From contig CM114271.1 of the NCBI GenBank assembly GCA_050084515.1, positions 45,880,001-45,944,000 of the forward strand: 64,000 nucleotides of DNA, read 5' to 3'. Position numbers and translations under genes: made by a program. The notes beneath the pieces are model-generated. The model did no database searches, was not told the DNA's origin, and saw nothing but the letters and a program-made list of their open reading frames with translations. Source of the DNA: Blasia pusilla (lineage: Eukaryota). Each line of letters begins with the position of its first letter. Within the stretch, counting starts at the first letter, position 1. Positions 36,049-49,180 of this stretch are shown in pieces.

Positions 36049-39000
36049 CTACTGAACGAGAGGGGGAGGTGTGGAGCACCATTGTCCTGAAGTTTGTTCG
36101 AAAACGTGCCCCAAACGTAGCAGCTCGACCTGCACGACCACTTCCGAGTGAGTTACAACACCACCTTAAACCCCCTCCATTAGAGAGGATGTAACTGTGA
36201 GTACGCAGTAGAATTCCAACAACACTCGAGATGGGGATAACCTTATAACCCAGAGCGATAAAATACGCAGCAATGCGAGTTCGGAGAAGGAGCATAGTTT
36301 GACCGACCTCCTCGAAAGATTTTCCGATCATTTGTAGGCCTATTGGAAGCCCAGTGGGTCCACCTTCTGCAAGCCCACACGGCACTACAAGGGCTGGCAG
36401 CCCTGCCAAATTGACATTCACCTGTCCAGGTTTCACCCCAAACATGCTAATCAGCACCTGAGAGGAGAGGAAACCTTAACTGAATATTTCATCAGTTGGT
36501 AAGTAGGGGTTGACTAGCAGATGATTGGGATCCGTCGAGCCACTTTCAAGGAAGATTCTGGAAATCGATCAAGCATTTTGGCAATCAGTGGCATAATTGA
36601 TGCAAAATCATGACAGAATAGGCTACTTACAGTCATCATATCACCAGCGTACATTGCGAGGGGATCATTCACCTTCTCTCCTGCGTGGACCAGAAAATTC
36701 AATCAGCTCCTCAAACCCTCACAGAGCTGTATAAACAGAGTAAAAACAAGCAATCTTTCAACCAAAGTCAACGTGTAGAAACACTTAAGCTGCACTGTTC
36801 TGGAATACCCTGCCTAAAACCATCAAGGAAACCAGCACTTGGCGTAAGTAGTACTTAGATGGTGAACTTGGAAGACGAGTTTTTACAAAGTGCAGGTTTC
36901 CTCACAACAGGAGTTTCTCCTATTTGCAATTCTAGGGTACAATTTCCAGATGGTCTTGTCTTGCTAAAGTAGCCGATGTGGCAAGGTTCAAGTAAGTTTG
37001 GCCACCGAAAAGTGTTGTGACTTGAGGGGACACAAGATACCTCACTAGGACACACAAACTATCCCGAGGTAATTAAGGCGCCAAAGAATTCACAAGGTTG
37101 CTTCGAATTGAATACACCATCGAGGAATCTTGACTTTCAACACCAGTAGTACTCGGTAACAAAATGTGGAGAATTCAACAATCACTTGACGAAACAAAGG
37201 ATCCAGAACTATAGAGGTGCTGTTGATGAAAAACCACCACACAAACAAGAGAACTCACCTTGTATGAAAGGACATAAAAATTCTTAACCCATTCTTTACA
37301 GTGAAATCATGCTGCTTAACGTTAACGACTATTTAGACTGCATGCAAAATATTGAATAAGGCTCACAGAAGGTAGACCTATTTTGTATGCAGCTGTTGGT
37401 GCTGCTGGTGACAACAACACATCGACGTTTCCCATAACTTCTTCGAACTCCATCTGAATTAACCTTCGAACCTTCACCACACCACCAAGACAGAACCCTA
37501 GATGAACAGGCAAGCAGGTTATTTACACTGCCAGTAAAAGCATTTCCTAAACTTGAGGCCTCAATAGACCATTCACCCATCAGCTATGCAGAATAAACTA
37601 GGGGATTATACCTGCTGGGCACGCTTGTAGAATGCATCATAATAGCCAGCTGATAGAGCATAGGTCCCCATTAATATCCGCCTCTTCACCTAAACCACAA
37701 ATTCCACGTTTATCAGAGATAAATGCTCATAAGATACTGCTCACAAGGAAGTGGGCACCCCTGAACTCATTGCTGACAAAGGTATGAGCAAGAGAGCATC
37801 CAGAAGACTGACATGAGGACACAAATTGCTGAAACGCAGTGCGAAAAATACCTCTGCACCAAGTCCCTCGGCCCGGGACTTCCCATACATGGTTATCAGC
37901 TCTTGAGCATCTACCCGATTCCCATACCTGCTTGGATGTTCACCCGGGTGATCTTTTCCTTAGCATCTTTCATTTTGGAAGGTCTGCATTTTGTGAATTG
38001 AAAAGATCAAAACTGCTATGACTGAACAAATACATTTTACACTGCTTCAATCAAAGAAGAAAATTCTAGAACTGTTGGAGTTCTCTTTCTTACCTTGCTC
38101 CATCATAACGAGAAAGATTAGAAGATGCCTCAGATACTGCCAAAACATAATAAGCAGGCGACCCCAAGGCAAATGTGGGCAGCGTGACCTGGCAATTGCA
38201 TTCACAACACGTTCAAAGGAACCCTTTCACTCAACCTGAAGAGCCTTTGACATCCATCTCTGTAGGATATCCATCTCATTGCGGATGGCATCTCCCATTC
38301 AGTCGCATTTGTGAGCATTTATCTCTGATATGCCCATCAACAAGGACATGGAGGTCCTTGTTGAAGAGGCATGAAAGAGGCAACCGAATTGAAAACAGAC
38401 ACAGCGTACTCATCTGGCAAAGCTGGTAGAAGCACAGTTTCTTAAATTATACTCATGCATCAATTACAAAGGCTATTTATTAATATAGAAAATAACAACT
38501 AACCTCAACGACTGTAGCTCCAAGACTTTCCAGATGCTGAGCTGCTGAACGGATTGCTGAAACAACACTCGAGTCCACTCCCTCGCCCAGAGTCTCTTTG
38601 ATGAGGCCGAATTTGACCCCTGTTAATGGCTTATTGCTGAAATTGTCCACTGATACTAGGTTCTCCAAAAAGTTGGGCACTGCCTGCTAAGACCAAAGCT
38701 CCAGTGTGAGACTTATATCTCGGTATTAGAAAGTCAATATGCATCATCAGATCAGAGATGACATTGCAGCTTCGCAGGCTCATTGCATTTCTTTCTCTCT
38801 CTTGTACAGCGTAGCAGATTGTCCACACAACTTCTCCAAATGATTACCGAGCCAGCCATACAGGAGAAAGTAACAGCCTAATTGTTCTGAGGGATGAGCA
38901 TCACTTCGAATGTGACCCTCATCTGATTGAAGGTCACATTGAGCCTAGAATTTGAATAGGAAATGAGATTCTTGAGCAAAACATTAGAATGCAGGACGAG

Positions 39001-40674
39001 AGTTCTTTGATTCTTGCTACTTCCTATATTGGAAAATTATGAATTTGTCGGTCATACAAAAAAACTGCAATTGTCTGAGCAGTCATGGGAGAGGGTGACC
39101 ACTACCTTTCTATCACTTGTGGAGTCACATCTGTCGTGACCAGCGATACTTTCCAGGAGAAGTGCAACATCTTCGACAGATGAACCCAGACACCCAATCA
39201 CATCCAAAGAAGAAGCATAAGCCATGAGTCCATATCGGGATACACGCCCATAGGACGGCTTTAGCCCCACCACCCCACAAAAAGATGCAGGTTGCCTTAT
39301 ACTGCCTCCAGTATCACTCCCCAAAGCACCTGCATGGAGCAGTGACATTACCCACTCGCTCAGTTAAGCTCAAATAGTCAGCTGAGAGGATCCTTCGTCA
39401 TAATTCTGTTTGACCACTCCCGGATTGTCCTGAAGATCTAATCACAGTGTAAATGCTGCGGCAATCTCCAAGTTAAAGCTCATGTCAGCTGTATCTGACG
39501 ACATTCTAGTCATATCATGATTAGGACCCAATACATCACTGTACTGAGACTTCATCAAGCAATTCCACATAGGGATTTCCGGCTCCCACTTTACCTACTT
39601 ACTATTCCATAAACCTTTAAAAGTGGACTCGTATCTGATCGACTCGAGAGACTTTGTTCTCTACGAAGCCTGCATTGCCCATAAAAGCCCCAGGGTTTAG
39701 GGGAGGGAGTGACACTGATCTTACAAGATCAATGTCAATCCCTCCCCTAAACCCTGGGAAGAATGGCACGAATTACCGACCCAGAATCCCATGCTGTTGA
39801 ATGAATTGTGCATCACTCACCAGCGCATTGCTTCGAGGCCACTGCAGCTGCAGAACCTCCAGAAGACCCACCAGGCACACGAGACAAGTCCCAAGGGTTT
39901 GCTGTCACCTGTCCCACATATGGAGTTCCCGACATCAGGAGGTGCAGGGGGAATTCAATCACGGTGCCAATTCAGAAGACGTATCGTGGGATACGACGTA
40001 TGTATTCGTAACCAAATCAAGTTCCGAAATTTACAGAAGGGGGAGGGAACATTCAAGACGTTGCACCCTCTGCATTTCACGCCAGGGAATGAAAGACACA
40101 CCTTAAATGCAGAGCCTTCGGTGGTGCTGCCCATGCCAAATTCGTCCATGTTGGTTTTTCCCACGATCACGGCACCCGCTTCTCGCAGCATTTTGACGGC
40201 CGTTGCATCGAAAGGCGGTCTATAGCCGTCCAGAATTCTGGAGCCAGCCGTGGAGGGCATGTCCTTGGTACAAAGATTGTCCTTGAGTGCAATGGGAACA
40301 CCTGCTAATTGTCCGATTCTCGCATTCTGAGCAATCCTTTCATCCAGAAGTCTGGCTTCTTCCAGCGCTCGCTCCGAGACGTGAAGAAAGCTCTGCACCA
40401 GTGGCTCCCTCTCTCTCAACCTCGTCAGATACTCTTCCATAACCTCCACCGCAGTTTTCTCTCTGTTGGCAATGCCATCCCGAATTCTGCGAATCGCCGA
40501 GCTAGGTCGCTCCTCAGCTGCTGCAAGCTGCCTTGCCAACGTTTCGGCCGATCCCGCACGCGACATACTTCGCACCTGCCATCGCGCGCTGGACGACAAT
40601 TTGAACGCTTGGCCCCGCCAGTGGATCCCCGGTACCTGAGGCAAAATGAGCGCTGAAGTGGTCCTCGCAGCCAT
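36049..40674 (-). CDS. GATA: Glutamyl-tRNA(Gln) amidotransferase subunit A, chloroplastic/mitochondrial (~550 aa; exons 40674-40102, 39908-39821, 39329-39106, 38683-38504, 38188-38094, 37927-37852, 37689-37612, 37471-37378, 36680-36631, 36421-36308, 36129-36049)
   Basis: Amidase signature [109 protein letters not shown]. All ten introns are GT-AG and the reading frame is continuous. N-terminal transit-peptide-like extension. Confidence 0.96.
39689..39758. repeat. Near-perfect 34-bp-arm hairpin in GatA intron 2
   Basis: CCCAGGGTTTAGGGGAGGGAGTGACACTGATCTT - AC - AAGATCAATGTCAATCCCTCCCCTAAACCCTGGG, with 2 mismatches. Confidence 0.93.
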
Positions 40675-43061
40675 CGCCACCACTCCGAGCGCTTCCTCTC
40701 CCTTCCTCTCCCACGACGCAATGCGTTCGAGTGCTCTGCTCTGCTCTCTTCCCTTCCCTTCCCTTCCCTTCACTTCACTTCACTTCACTCCATTGCAGTT
40801 GCGTTTCAGAGGTCGGAAGAAGGGAGAGCAGAGAGGGGGGGGAGAGATTGCTTCGGGAGCGTCTTCGCGTCTGATTCGTGGGAAGAAGGAGGGCTCCGGT
40901 TGCAGCGCCATAGCCATAGATAGCCGAGATTAGATGGAGCTCCTTCGCTTTTCTTCTTCGGAAGAAGAAGGGCTCCGATTGCAGCGCCACACCTAACCTT
41001 AGAGTCTTGGATTGTGACCTCCACGCACTCTCCCTCTTTCGTGCCCCCGTTTATCTAGACTAGAGAGAGTGTTTTCTTTTATTTGCTAGCATGTGGCAAT
41101 TGGGTAGTAAAAATATATTTTTTCTTCTAGTAGTAAGAAAAAAAATTTGTGTGCAACATGATTAGTCTATTCGTTCCGTGTTTTTGGCACGGACTGTCTG
41201 AGAATTCTTTCTAATGCCCAGCCACACTGACGGTTTAGCAAGCCTCGGTCATATGGGAGGAAAAACCAGTGTGCGGCCCTTTGAGAGGGATGGGGGACAA
41301 AGTAATTAATACACACCGTGATGGATAAGTGGATAGATTAGATTGTGAAAAAAATAACGAGAATATGTAAGGGCCGTGAAAATTTTGGAATCCTTTAAAA
41401 CCTAACTTGAGGACAACAAACACCTAAATAATAATATGGCCATGTGTGAAGAGAAAATCAACCTATTAGAAGACTTGACCCCATGAAGGGTTTAGGAATG
41501 TCGAAGACAAATTCAGCTATTGGCGAAGAAAAAAAACCAAACCCTCTATTGTGAAACAAGATTGTTTGGGAACATAAAGACAACACTCACTATAGAACAA
41601 GAAAAAAAAATGGAACCCTTTAAAATATAACCTCGTAGCACATGATGTTGATTGTCGCTATAGCTAAGGTTAGGGGGCTCAATTATCAAATATATCTTCT
41701 TTTTATGAGTGCAAGAAATTGAGGGTATGAATACAAGAACATAGGCAACCCATCGGAAATACAAGGAGGGGGGTCTCGGATACTCGGGGAACACCAAGAC
41801 CACACTTGTTCGGGGCGAGGAGAAAAGGGGGAACCCCCTAAAATGTAACGACACAACAGAAATATCTTGATTGAAGGTATAGGTAAGGTTAGAAGATCGC
41901 ATCATCCAGTGGATTTTTTTCCTCAACGCAATAGTTCTATGTCGATTGTCGCCATGGCTAAGGTTTCTCTATAAGCATTACGGTAGCATTCTACATCCAA
42001 GGGGATTCAAGTAACAACCTTGTCGGAAAAGTGAATGCTTGTTCCAAGTGATGTTTTTGTGGTTCAATTGTTGTTGCATTATTTTGCAATTTTTTTCTTA
42101 TAGATGTTTGCGGTTGTGGAAGTACTTCTCGGTGAAGTTTAGTTTCCATTGCATTTTATTGCCTATGTGTCTGAAATTTTATCAATTACAAGAGTCACAC
42201 CATGAAGGTCTGTACAAGGCAAACTTGCTTGCCGTCAATGAACGTCCCAATTGGGGGGTCTTTTTGGGAGGTTGCCCCTTGTGGTACGATACACTCACCA
42301 ATTTCATGTCTATTTGACTAAAGCCAAGTTAGGGTTTCCTATGTCATTCCACACGCCCGGATTTAGGCCTGAGAGTGAGTCTTGGAAAGCTTGCGATGTA
42401 CAGTGTGTGTAGATTTTGGTAAAGCAAAGTGTTTGGTTGTGGATGTATCTTCCACACGGGAAGTGAACCACATTCATCTTGTATGATTTATTCTGAAAAA
42501 TTCCTCTATATGATTTTTATTATTTATGAGGTTAGGTTGTTCATATGAGGATTTGCCTTCTTCCCAATTGCTAGTTGGTTGTCATTAGGAGCTTCTAGGA
42601 ATGGACTTATTTTCCAAATATTTCGACTCCCAAAGAAATTATAAAGTGGATACAAATGAAACGCATCAAACATAAAAAAAATTTCAACTCCAAAACTCAA
42701 ACTTGTAATTGTTGTGTGAGCCCATAAAAAAAATTCCATGCACTCACAAAGTGCTTATAACGCACTTGCACATTTGTAACTATTTTGGGAGTCCAAATAA
42801 TGGTTATTATATTTGGAAACTTGCAACTAAGTTTTTGGTTGAAAAAAACTATGTTTTATGTTTGTAACTATTTTTTGAGTCCATACATGCTTTTAAACTT
42901 GCAAGCTAAGGCAATCAACTACTTTATGAGAGATCTTGGAGGTTTTAATCTGAATGTTTGCAAATGCCTTATGAGCTCTTTGCATATTCAATCATTTCAC
43001 ATGCAACTAATTTCCATGTTTGATTTGTTGCTTTATTATGGGTCCTCTCACCAAGAAGGAT

Positions 43062-43096
<35 letters not shown>

Positions 43097-45088
43097 TATC
43101 CATCAAAGAGTCAATCTATTGGATCAACAAACACCCAATGTTCCAAATCATTGTACAAGTACAAGTATTACTGAAAATTATAAACTGAAAAATTTTGCCA
43201 CACTACACAAAAAGAAATTAGGATGAGAGTGAGGGACAAGGGGGAGAAAATTGAGAACTAAGGTTAGACGGAGAGTTTTGTAGCGACGGTGTAGATGTTT
43301 GCAAGGTTTTGGTGAGTGTGTGCAAATCTTCTACTAGTAAACTAGTGGCTATTTTATAATAATTTGCAATTGCTTTATGTATCCTAATAGTAACACACTC
43401 ACGGTCATAATCGACATAGAACTCAAAATATGCTCACACAAAACACACTCACTAAGCAAAGGAAAATTCAGAAAATGGACAAGATAGCACCCACAAGTAG
43501 GCTTATGTATGGTAACATTCTATATATCCAAATACATCATGTACAACCAAAAACCCCAAGAAACTCTCCATTGTCATCATAATTTAATACATGAAATTGC
43601 ATCAAAAAAAAATTTTAAAATTTTAAACTCAAGTCCTTAAAAAATTTCTAATATACTATTTTCCCCCTTGTTACTACAAATAATACTAGAAATACAATTT
43701 TCACTATACACTCAAGATTCCATTACCACAAAAAGAATCCAATATCATCTATGGATTAGGCAATATAAAACTTTCCATATCTTTCATATATCTTTTTTTT
43801 CTGAGAGTAAGGAATTTCATGTTTTAATGAATGATGCTACTCCTTCTTGATGGTAAGTTTATATATGGCACTAGCGAGGATGGATAGTATCTTTTCATGT
43901 TTTAAGGTGGTGAATGATGCTGAACTCCTTCACATTTGTGATGTCACATGCCTACTGGGGAAGGTGGTCCGGGCTTTATGGGATTATGGCACTAGTCTTA
44001 TGACAAGCTCTTGGCGTGACAAATGGTTGCTTCCACGAGGCTTCACGATGTCATGTGTTGGGTAGGCCATGGAAATAAAGTCTTCCATTACAAATAAAAC
44101 AAAAGTATCTATATTTTTCTTGGAGTAAATGGGATGTAATGGCTAGGCATGCCTCTATATAAATAGAAGACACACATAAGTAAGCTTTTAGATGGGGATT
44201 TAAGAAGGGAGATGGGAGGAATTTTCCTTTTTCAAAGTTAGGAGATGGGATATTGAGTAGGTTACGATAAGGATACTTAGTTTCTTTTATTTTCTGAAAC
44301 AACAAGGAAGAATGTAGATATATATTTTTTAATTAAGACAAGATTTACACATGAGTGGTCAAAGAGGGATTAAGATATAGAGGCAAAATGATTTATCCAA
44401 AATAATAAAGATGAAGAGTTTGGAATTTTCTTTTAAAGAAGGGGAGTTTTTCTACAATAAGGAGATAGGACTAATAGGTTTTCCGGATGGAAAAAAAAAA
44501 GGTAAATTCATAGACTAGGTGGAAAGATTTAGAGTTTTAAATAAAGAAGAGGACTGCGTAAAGGACGGAAAAGGGAATTTAGGTCTTTTCGATACTAAAC
44601 TAGTCGTCCAACAAAAGGTGCCCCTGCTTGATGGTAAGTGGGTCAAATGGCATATGTTTATATATGAGGCTAATCGCTCTAAAACAAATTCTCGTGAATA
44701 AATTTCTATCTATATTTCTATGACAAAGCGCATGTGTAAGTAGGTTTAAATTTAAGGGTTTAAAATTTATTATGATTTTTTCTCTCATCTTCTATAGAGA
44801 TCTTGCATGCATCACATATCTAGGTTTAAACCTCAATATGAGTTTTTCTCTCATTTCCTATTGAAAGTTAAGAATTTCATGAATCTCTCCCTTGTTTGAA
44901 ATGTGTATCTTTCTCTTCCCTCTCCTCTAGTGATAAAGATTTTTTTGAAAAAATAATTTTAGAAATTATTGGATGAAAATTCTTCCCTTTCTCTCTTCCC
45001 CTTCCTTATTAAAAGTTATACCTCTTCGATTCTCTTCTCTCCTCCAATATTGAAAATTTACCCATATACACACTTTTTTTTTCCATGA

Positions 45089-46467
45089 TCCATTCTATAT
45101 AAAAGCAAAAAGAGTTGATTGGGTAAGTGCTCGCCAAAATGTCCCTTCTCATTAGCATGAAACATTTATCCGTGTTAAATGAATAATGACTTAACTACCT
45201 TTTAATCATGTTTTTTTTAATAATGTTATTTATTTGACTTCATTTCTTTCTCAAGTATCTTAATTGATGTGTGATTTCTTTGCATTGATTTTTCAAATTG
45301 CTAGATGCCTTGTTGCGATGGTTCTTGAGGGAATGAAGCCTATGGGAGTGGAAGGTGCATTATCTTATAGGATTGCAAATTATTGGGTGAAATATGTTTC
45401 AAAAAAATTGGTAAGAAATTTAATAATTATTTGACTTATCAATTATTAGTTAATAAATACGAACTCACTTGGAGACCAAGCTGACCAACATTATCCATGC
45501 AGATTTATGAAGTTAGGAATAATAAAATTTATGTAAATTTATCACTTTAAAAATCATTTAATATTTGTTTCTAATCCAAAAAGAAGGGAATGTTCCATTT
45601 AATACAAGAGATATGTTTCATTGTAAATATTTTTAGAATCTTTGAACATTTAAAAAATATTTCTGCCCCAAAAAGAAATAATCTATTTTATATTGACCAA
45701 CCTTATATGTACAATAAGATAAAATAGTAGGATAAGAAAAAAAAATAGTAACATGTTTGAATTTCATCCCTTAAATCACATTAGATAGTTAGAGAAAATG
45801 AATTTTAGTGGAAAGGAAAAAATATTTATTAAAAATTTAATTTATGTTATAATGGGTGATCTAAGTGTAAAATGAGACAAAATTTTGGGATAATAAGAAA
45901 AAAAAATTAGATTTTCCCCCATTAATTCATATTTGATGGGAAGGGAAAATGAATTTTAATAGAGAAGAAGTAGATAATTTTTAAATTTTATGTAAGGGTG
46001 GAATTATTTAGGGGAGTGGGATATCATTTAAATTTTAGTCAAGGAGTGAAATATTAGTACTTTTCTAAGATTTAAGAAATAATAAATTAGACTTAAATTT
46101 TTAAATGAAAAAATAATTCTTTTCAAAATTAATCATTTGAATTAAAATTTATATTTTGGGAAATTAAATGAATTTTAATAGAAAAGTTTAATAATTTAAT
46201 AAACTAAAAATAAAATATTTAAGAATTTAATCGATGGATGTTATCTTGGTGGGAAGAGAGGAAGGGGAAGATTACGTATCATTCAAAATTAAAAAATTAT
46301 TTAGGGGATTTGATTATTATTTAAATTGTAATTGAGGAGTATAATTCTTTTGAAAGTGAAATGTTATTACTCTTTTAAGAAAGAGGAAATTATTCTTGAA
46401 TTTTTAAGAATTTAAAAAAATTTATTAAAAGATCGTTTTCTTGTGCAAGCACGGGCATGACAACTAG
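45089..46467 (+). mobile_element. Non-autonomous AT-rich Helitron
   Basis: Canonical 3' end CTTGTGCAAGCACGGG-CATGACAA-CTAG|T at ~46440-46468. Candidate 5' end A|TCCATTCTATATAAAAG at 45089 is less certain. Very AT-rich interior with no ORF. Confidence 0.65.
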
Positions 46468-48533
46468 TTGTTATAATTATGAGTGGATCTATTGTCTTAT
46501 CAAAAGATTTATTTTCATGATGTTTAGTTCATTACATAACGTATGACTTATTATGAGGTCCATTTTTTCTAAATAAATTATCACAAATAAAGTTAATGTA
46601 TGTATATCTTTTCAGGAATGTCAAATATTACTCGGAGATATGTAAGCTATTAGGAGTGGATTTAGGAAAGGACAACAAAGGACTTTTCCTCCTCAAATTT
46701 AAGGGGATGGTTGATTGGAGTAAGGCAAAGTGAGGATTTTTCCAAAACAATGAAGTGGAAGGGATATTGTAAGAACATTTTGAATTTAAGAAGACAAGAT
46801 AAACATATTAGTGGTTAACAAGAGGATTAAGAAAATGAGGAGAATTCATTTTTCTATAATAAACAAGGTAAGGAGGATAGGATATACATTTTTCAAGAAC
46901 GGTATTCTTTGTATCTTGTAATATGGAGGTAGGAGTAAGTATGGTATCTTGTGTCTTGTCATGAATAAGTATGGTAGCTTGTGTGTGTATTCGGTGACAA
47001 TGATGGGTGTTGCGTATGCGCACGACAAAGAGTTTTTTTTTCATAGTAAAAAATCGAGGATGGGAATCCTTGAATGAAGGGATATAGTCTCCTAAAGAAG
47101 GGGAATATAAAATCATAAGCTGGTTTAGAAATAATCAGCTTGGGATTTTAATTTTTTAAATCACATATCGGAAAAATTCTCTCAATTTTGATGTTCATGA
47201 TCATGTCACAAAATAAAATAATCTTATATTTCAATGCCAACTTATATGAATATATTTTCAATATTGGAATGAATGTTTCTTTCCATATACATTTTTAGCA
47301 TAGATAGAATGGATTTTCAAGACACTCTGCAAGTCTATACTTGTTGTAACTCAAAAAATGGTAAGTTTTTGCTCGAGTATCATTTGAACTTGTAAATGGT
47401 ACTTGTATATTTTGCATGCCAAAATTTTCCAATGACTTGCAAGATATTTGCAAAATTGAAAGATTGTTGCCTTAGCCCCTTACCTCCCTCAACGCGTCCA
47501 CACCTCCTCATTTCTCATCTTTTCATGAAGCATATCTTGGGGCATGACACATCTTTTGAGAGATTTCCAAACCCAAACTATAGATATGCCTAGTTCATTT
47601 TTTTCAAAGCTCCAAGAGATTTTTTTTTTCAAATCTTTGAGCGATGCCAGTCCTCATATGTAGGGATGGGGAGGGACCCAATTGACATGGAGAACATCGG
47701 AGTAATAGATATGATGGAAAATTTGGAATGAGTCTTACCCCAATGCATAGTCATGTTATTGAGAGGTTCATCTTGACCTTTCATGACATTATGCTAGCTC
47801 AATCAGCAATGATGTATGATATGTTCAACATGGACCATATTTGCATCATATCAATGAGTCAATTATATGTTTGATGAGTGGAGTTACATCTACTAACTCC
47901 CTCTCATCTATGGGAGCCTAAGATCCTACCACTATGAGCTAGATAGGCTCTTGCGCATGTAATGAGGGAGCGGTTCGGAGAAGGTGCAACCCAATTTGAG
48001 TTGTATGCGACTAGATTTTGCGGGGGAGGGGAAGTTGGCCTTATACTTTTGATTCCTACTTGAACTCCAAAAACATTCTAGGCAAAGAAGGTCCTATGTC
48101 ATATTATAAGACATACATGTGAGAGATGTGCGCTGATGCTGATCAATGGGCGAACCAAACCCCATTTCTTGATAGAGGATCCATATGACTGTTTAGGGAG
48201 AATTGTAGAATGGAGGGAGCATCAAGAGTGACAAGATGCACATAATGATTATCCGCTTCATAGTTTATCTTCGTCTTCTAGTGACGATTGATGCAGGATA
48301 TCTAGTGGCAAAAACATATGAGGGTCGTGTAGAGTGAGGATGTTGGCAACACTCACAACGGAGAATTTTGATGTCATGAGTTGGAGGAAAATCTTAAGAT
48401 GCGAGTAAACATTGGAAAATTTTGGTGATCCTATGTGAGAGAGAATGGACGGAAAACAAGTAGTAAAGTTATGAAGATCTTTAAGGAAATCAAAGGGAAT
48501 ACACTCCTCTAGACAAGGAGGAGCAAAGGCATT

Positions 48534-48958
48534 TTTCATGTCTTTTAGGATGGATTGACGAGTATCCATAAGGCGCCTTTGAGGAGAGTCTGAGGATAGC
48601 CTCAACTAGTTGAGGATGACTTGAGAAAGGAATTTTCCCTTTTTTTTTTAACTCATTTGGAGCTATTTTTAGGAACCTACTATTTTGGGCAAGTTCTTAT
48701 TATATATATAGTTTAATTTCCACTTTGGGAGTTGTCTCTCGATCCTCTATAGTAGGCTACGATTCAAGGAAGTAACCTACGAGCACAGGTTATCATGGAG
48801 AGATATGGGGAGAGGGAAGGGGATATATCCAAAGAGAGGAAGTTTGGGAGCTCGTTCTTTCTTTGTTGAATCTCTTGACATGAGGCGGTGGAACTCTAGT
48901 TCTCATTGCCTTGTGAGTAACATAAGCCTCTCAGTAGGAGAATGGATTTGGTTGGTTT

Positions 48959-49055
<97 letters not shown>

Positions 49056-49180
49056 GTGAGGATTTTGATCCATATAATTATTGGATATATTCTGGTACAC
49101 ATATATAAATGTCAAGGGTGAGTATGGTATCGTATGTTTATAAGTGTATGAATGGTGATAGCAATGTGTATTGTGTAACA
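48534..49180 (+). mobile_element. Diverged LTR related to the LTRs at 7296 and 14485
   Basis: TCTTTTAGGAT.GAT...GCGCCTT...GAGGATGAC, CTCATTTGGAGC, GAGCTC.TTCT.TCTTTGTTGAA.CTCTTG.CATGAGGCGG.GGA and TTGCCTTGTGAGT are collinear with 7305-7740. Ends TGTGTAACA at 49180. A purine-rich tract lies at ~48510-48530. Confidence 0.7.
48962..49051. repeat. (GA)45 microsatellite
   Basis: Uninterrupted GA run of 90 nt. Confidence 0.98.

Noticed and set aside
46619-47027. Possible solo LTR (TGTCA...CACGACA)
   Set aside because: Flanks AGGAA / AAGAG match at only 3 of 5 positions and there is no independent support for the left boundary.
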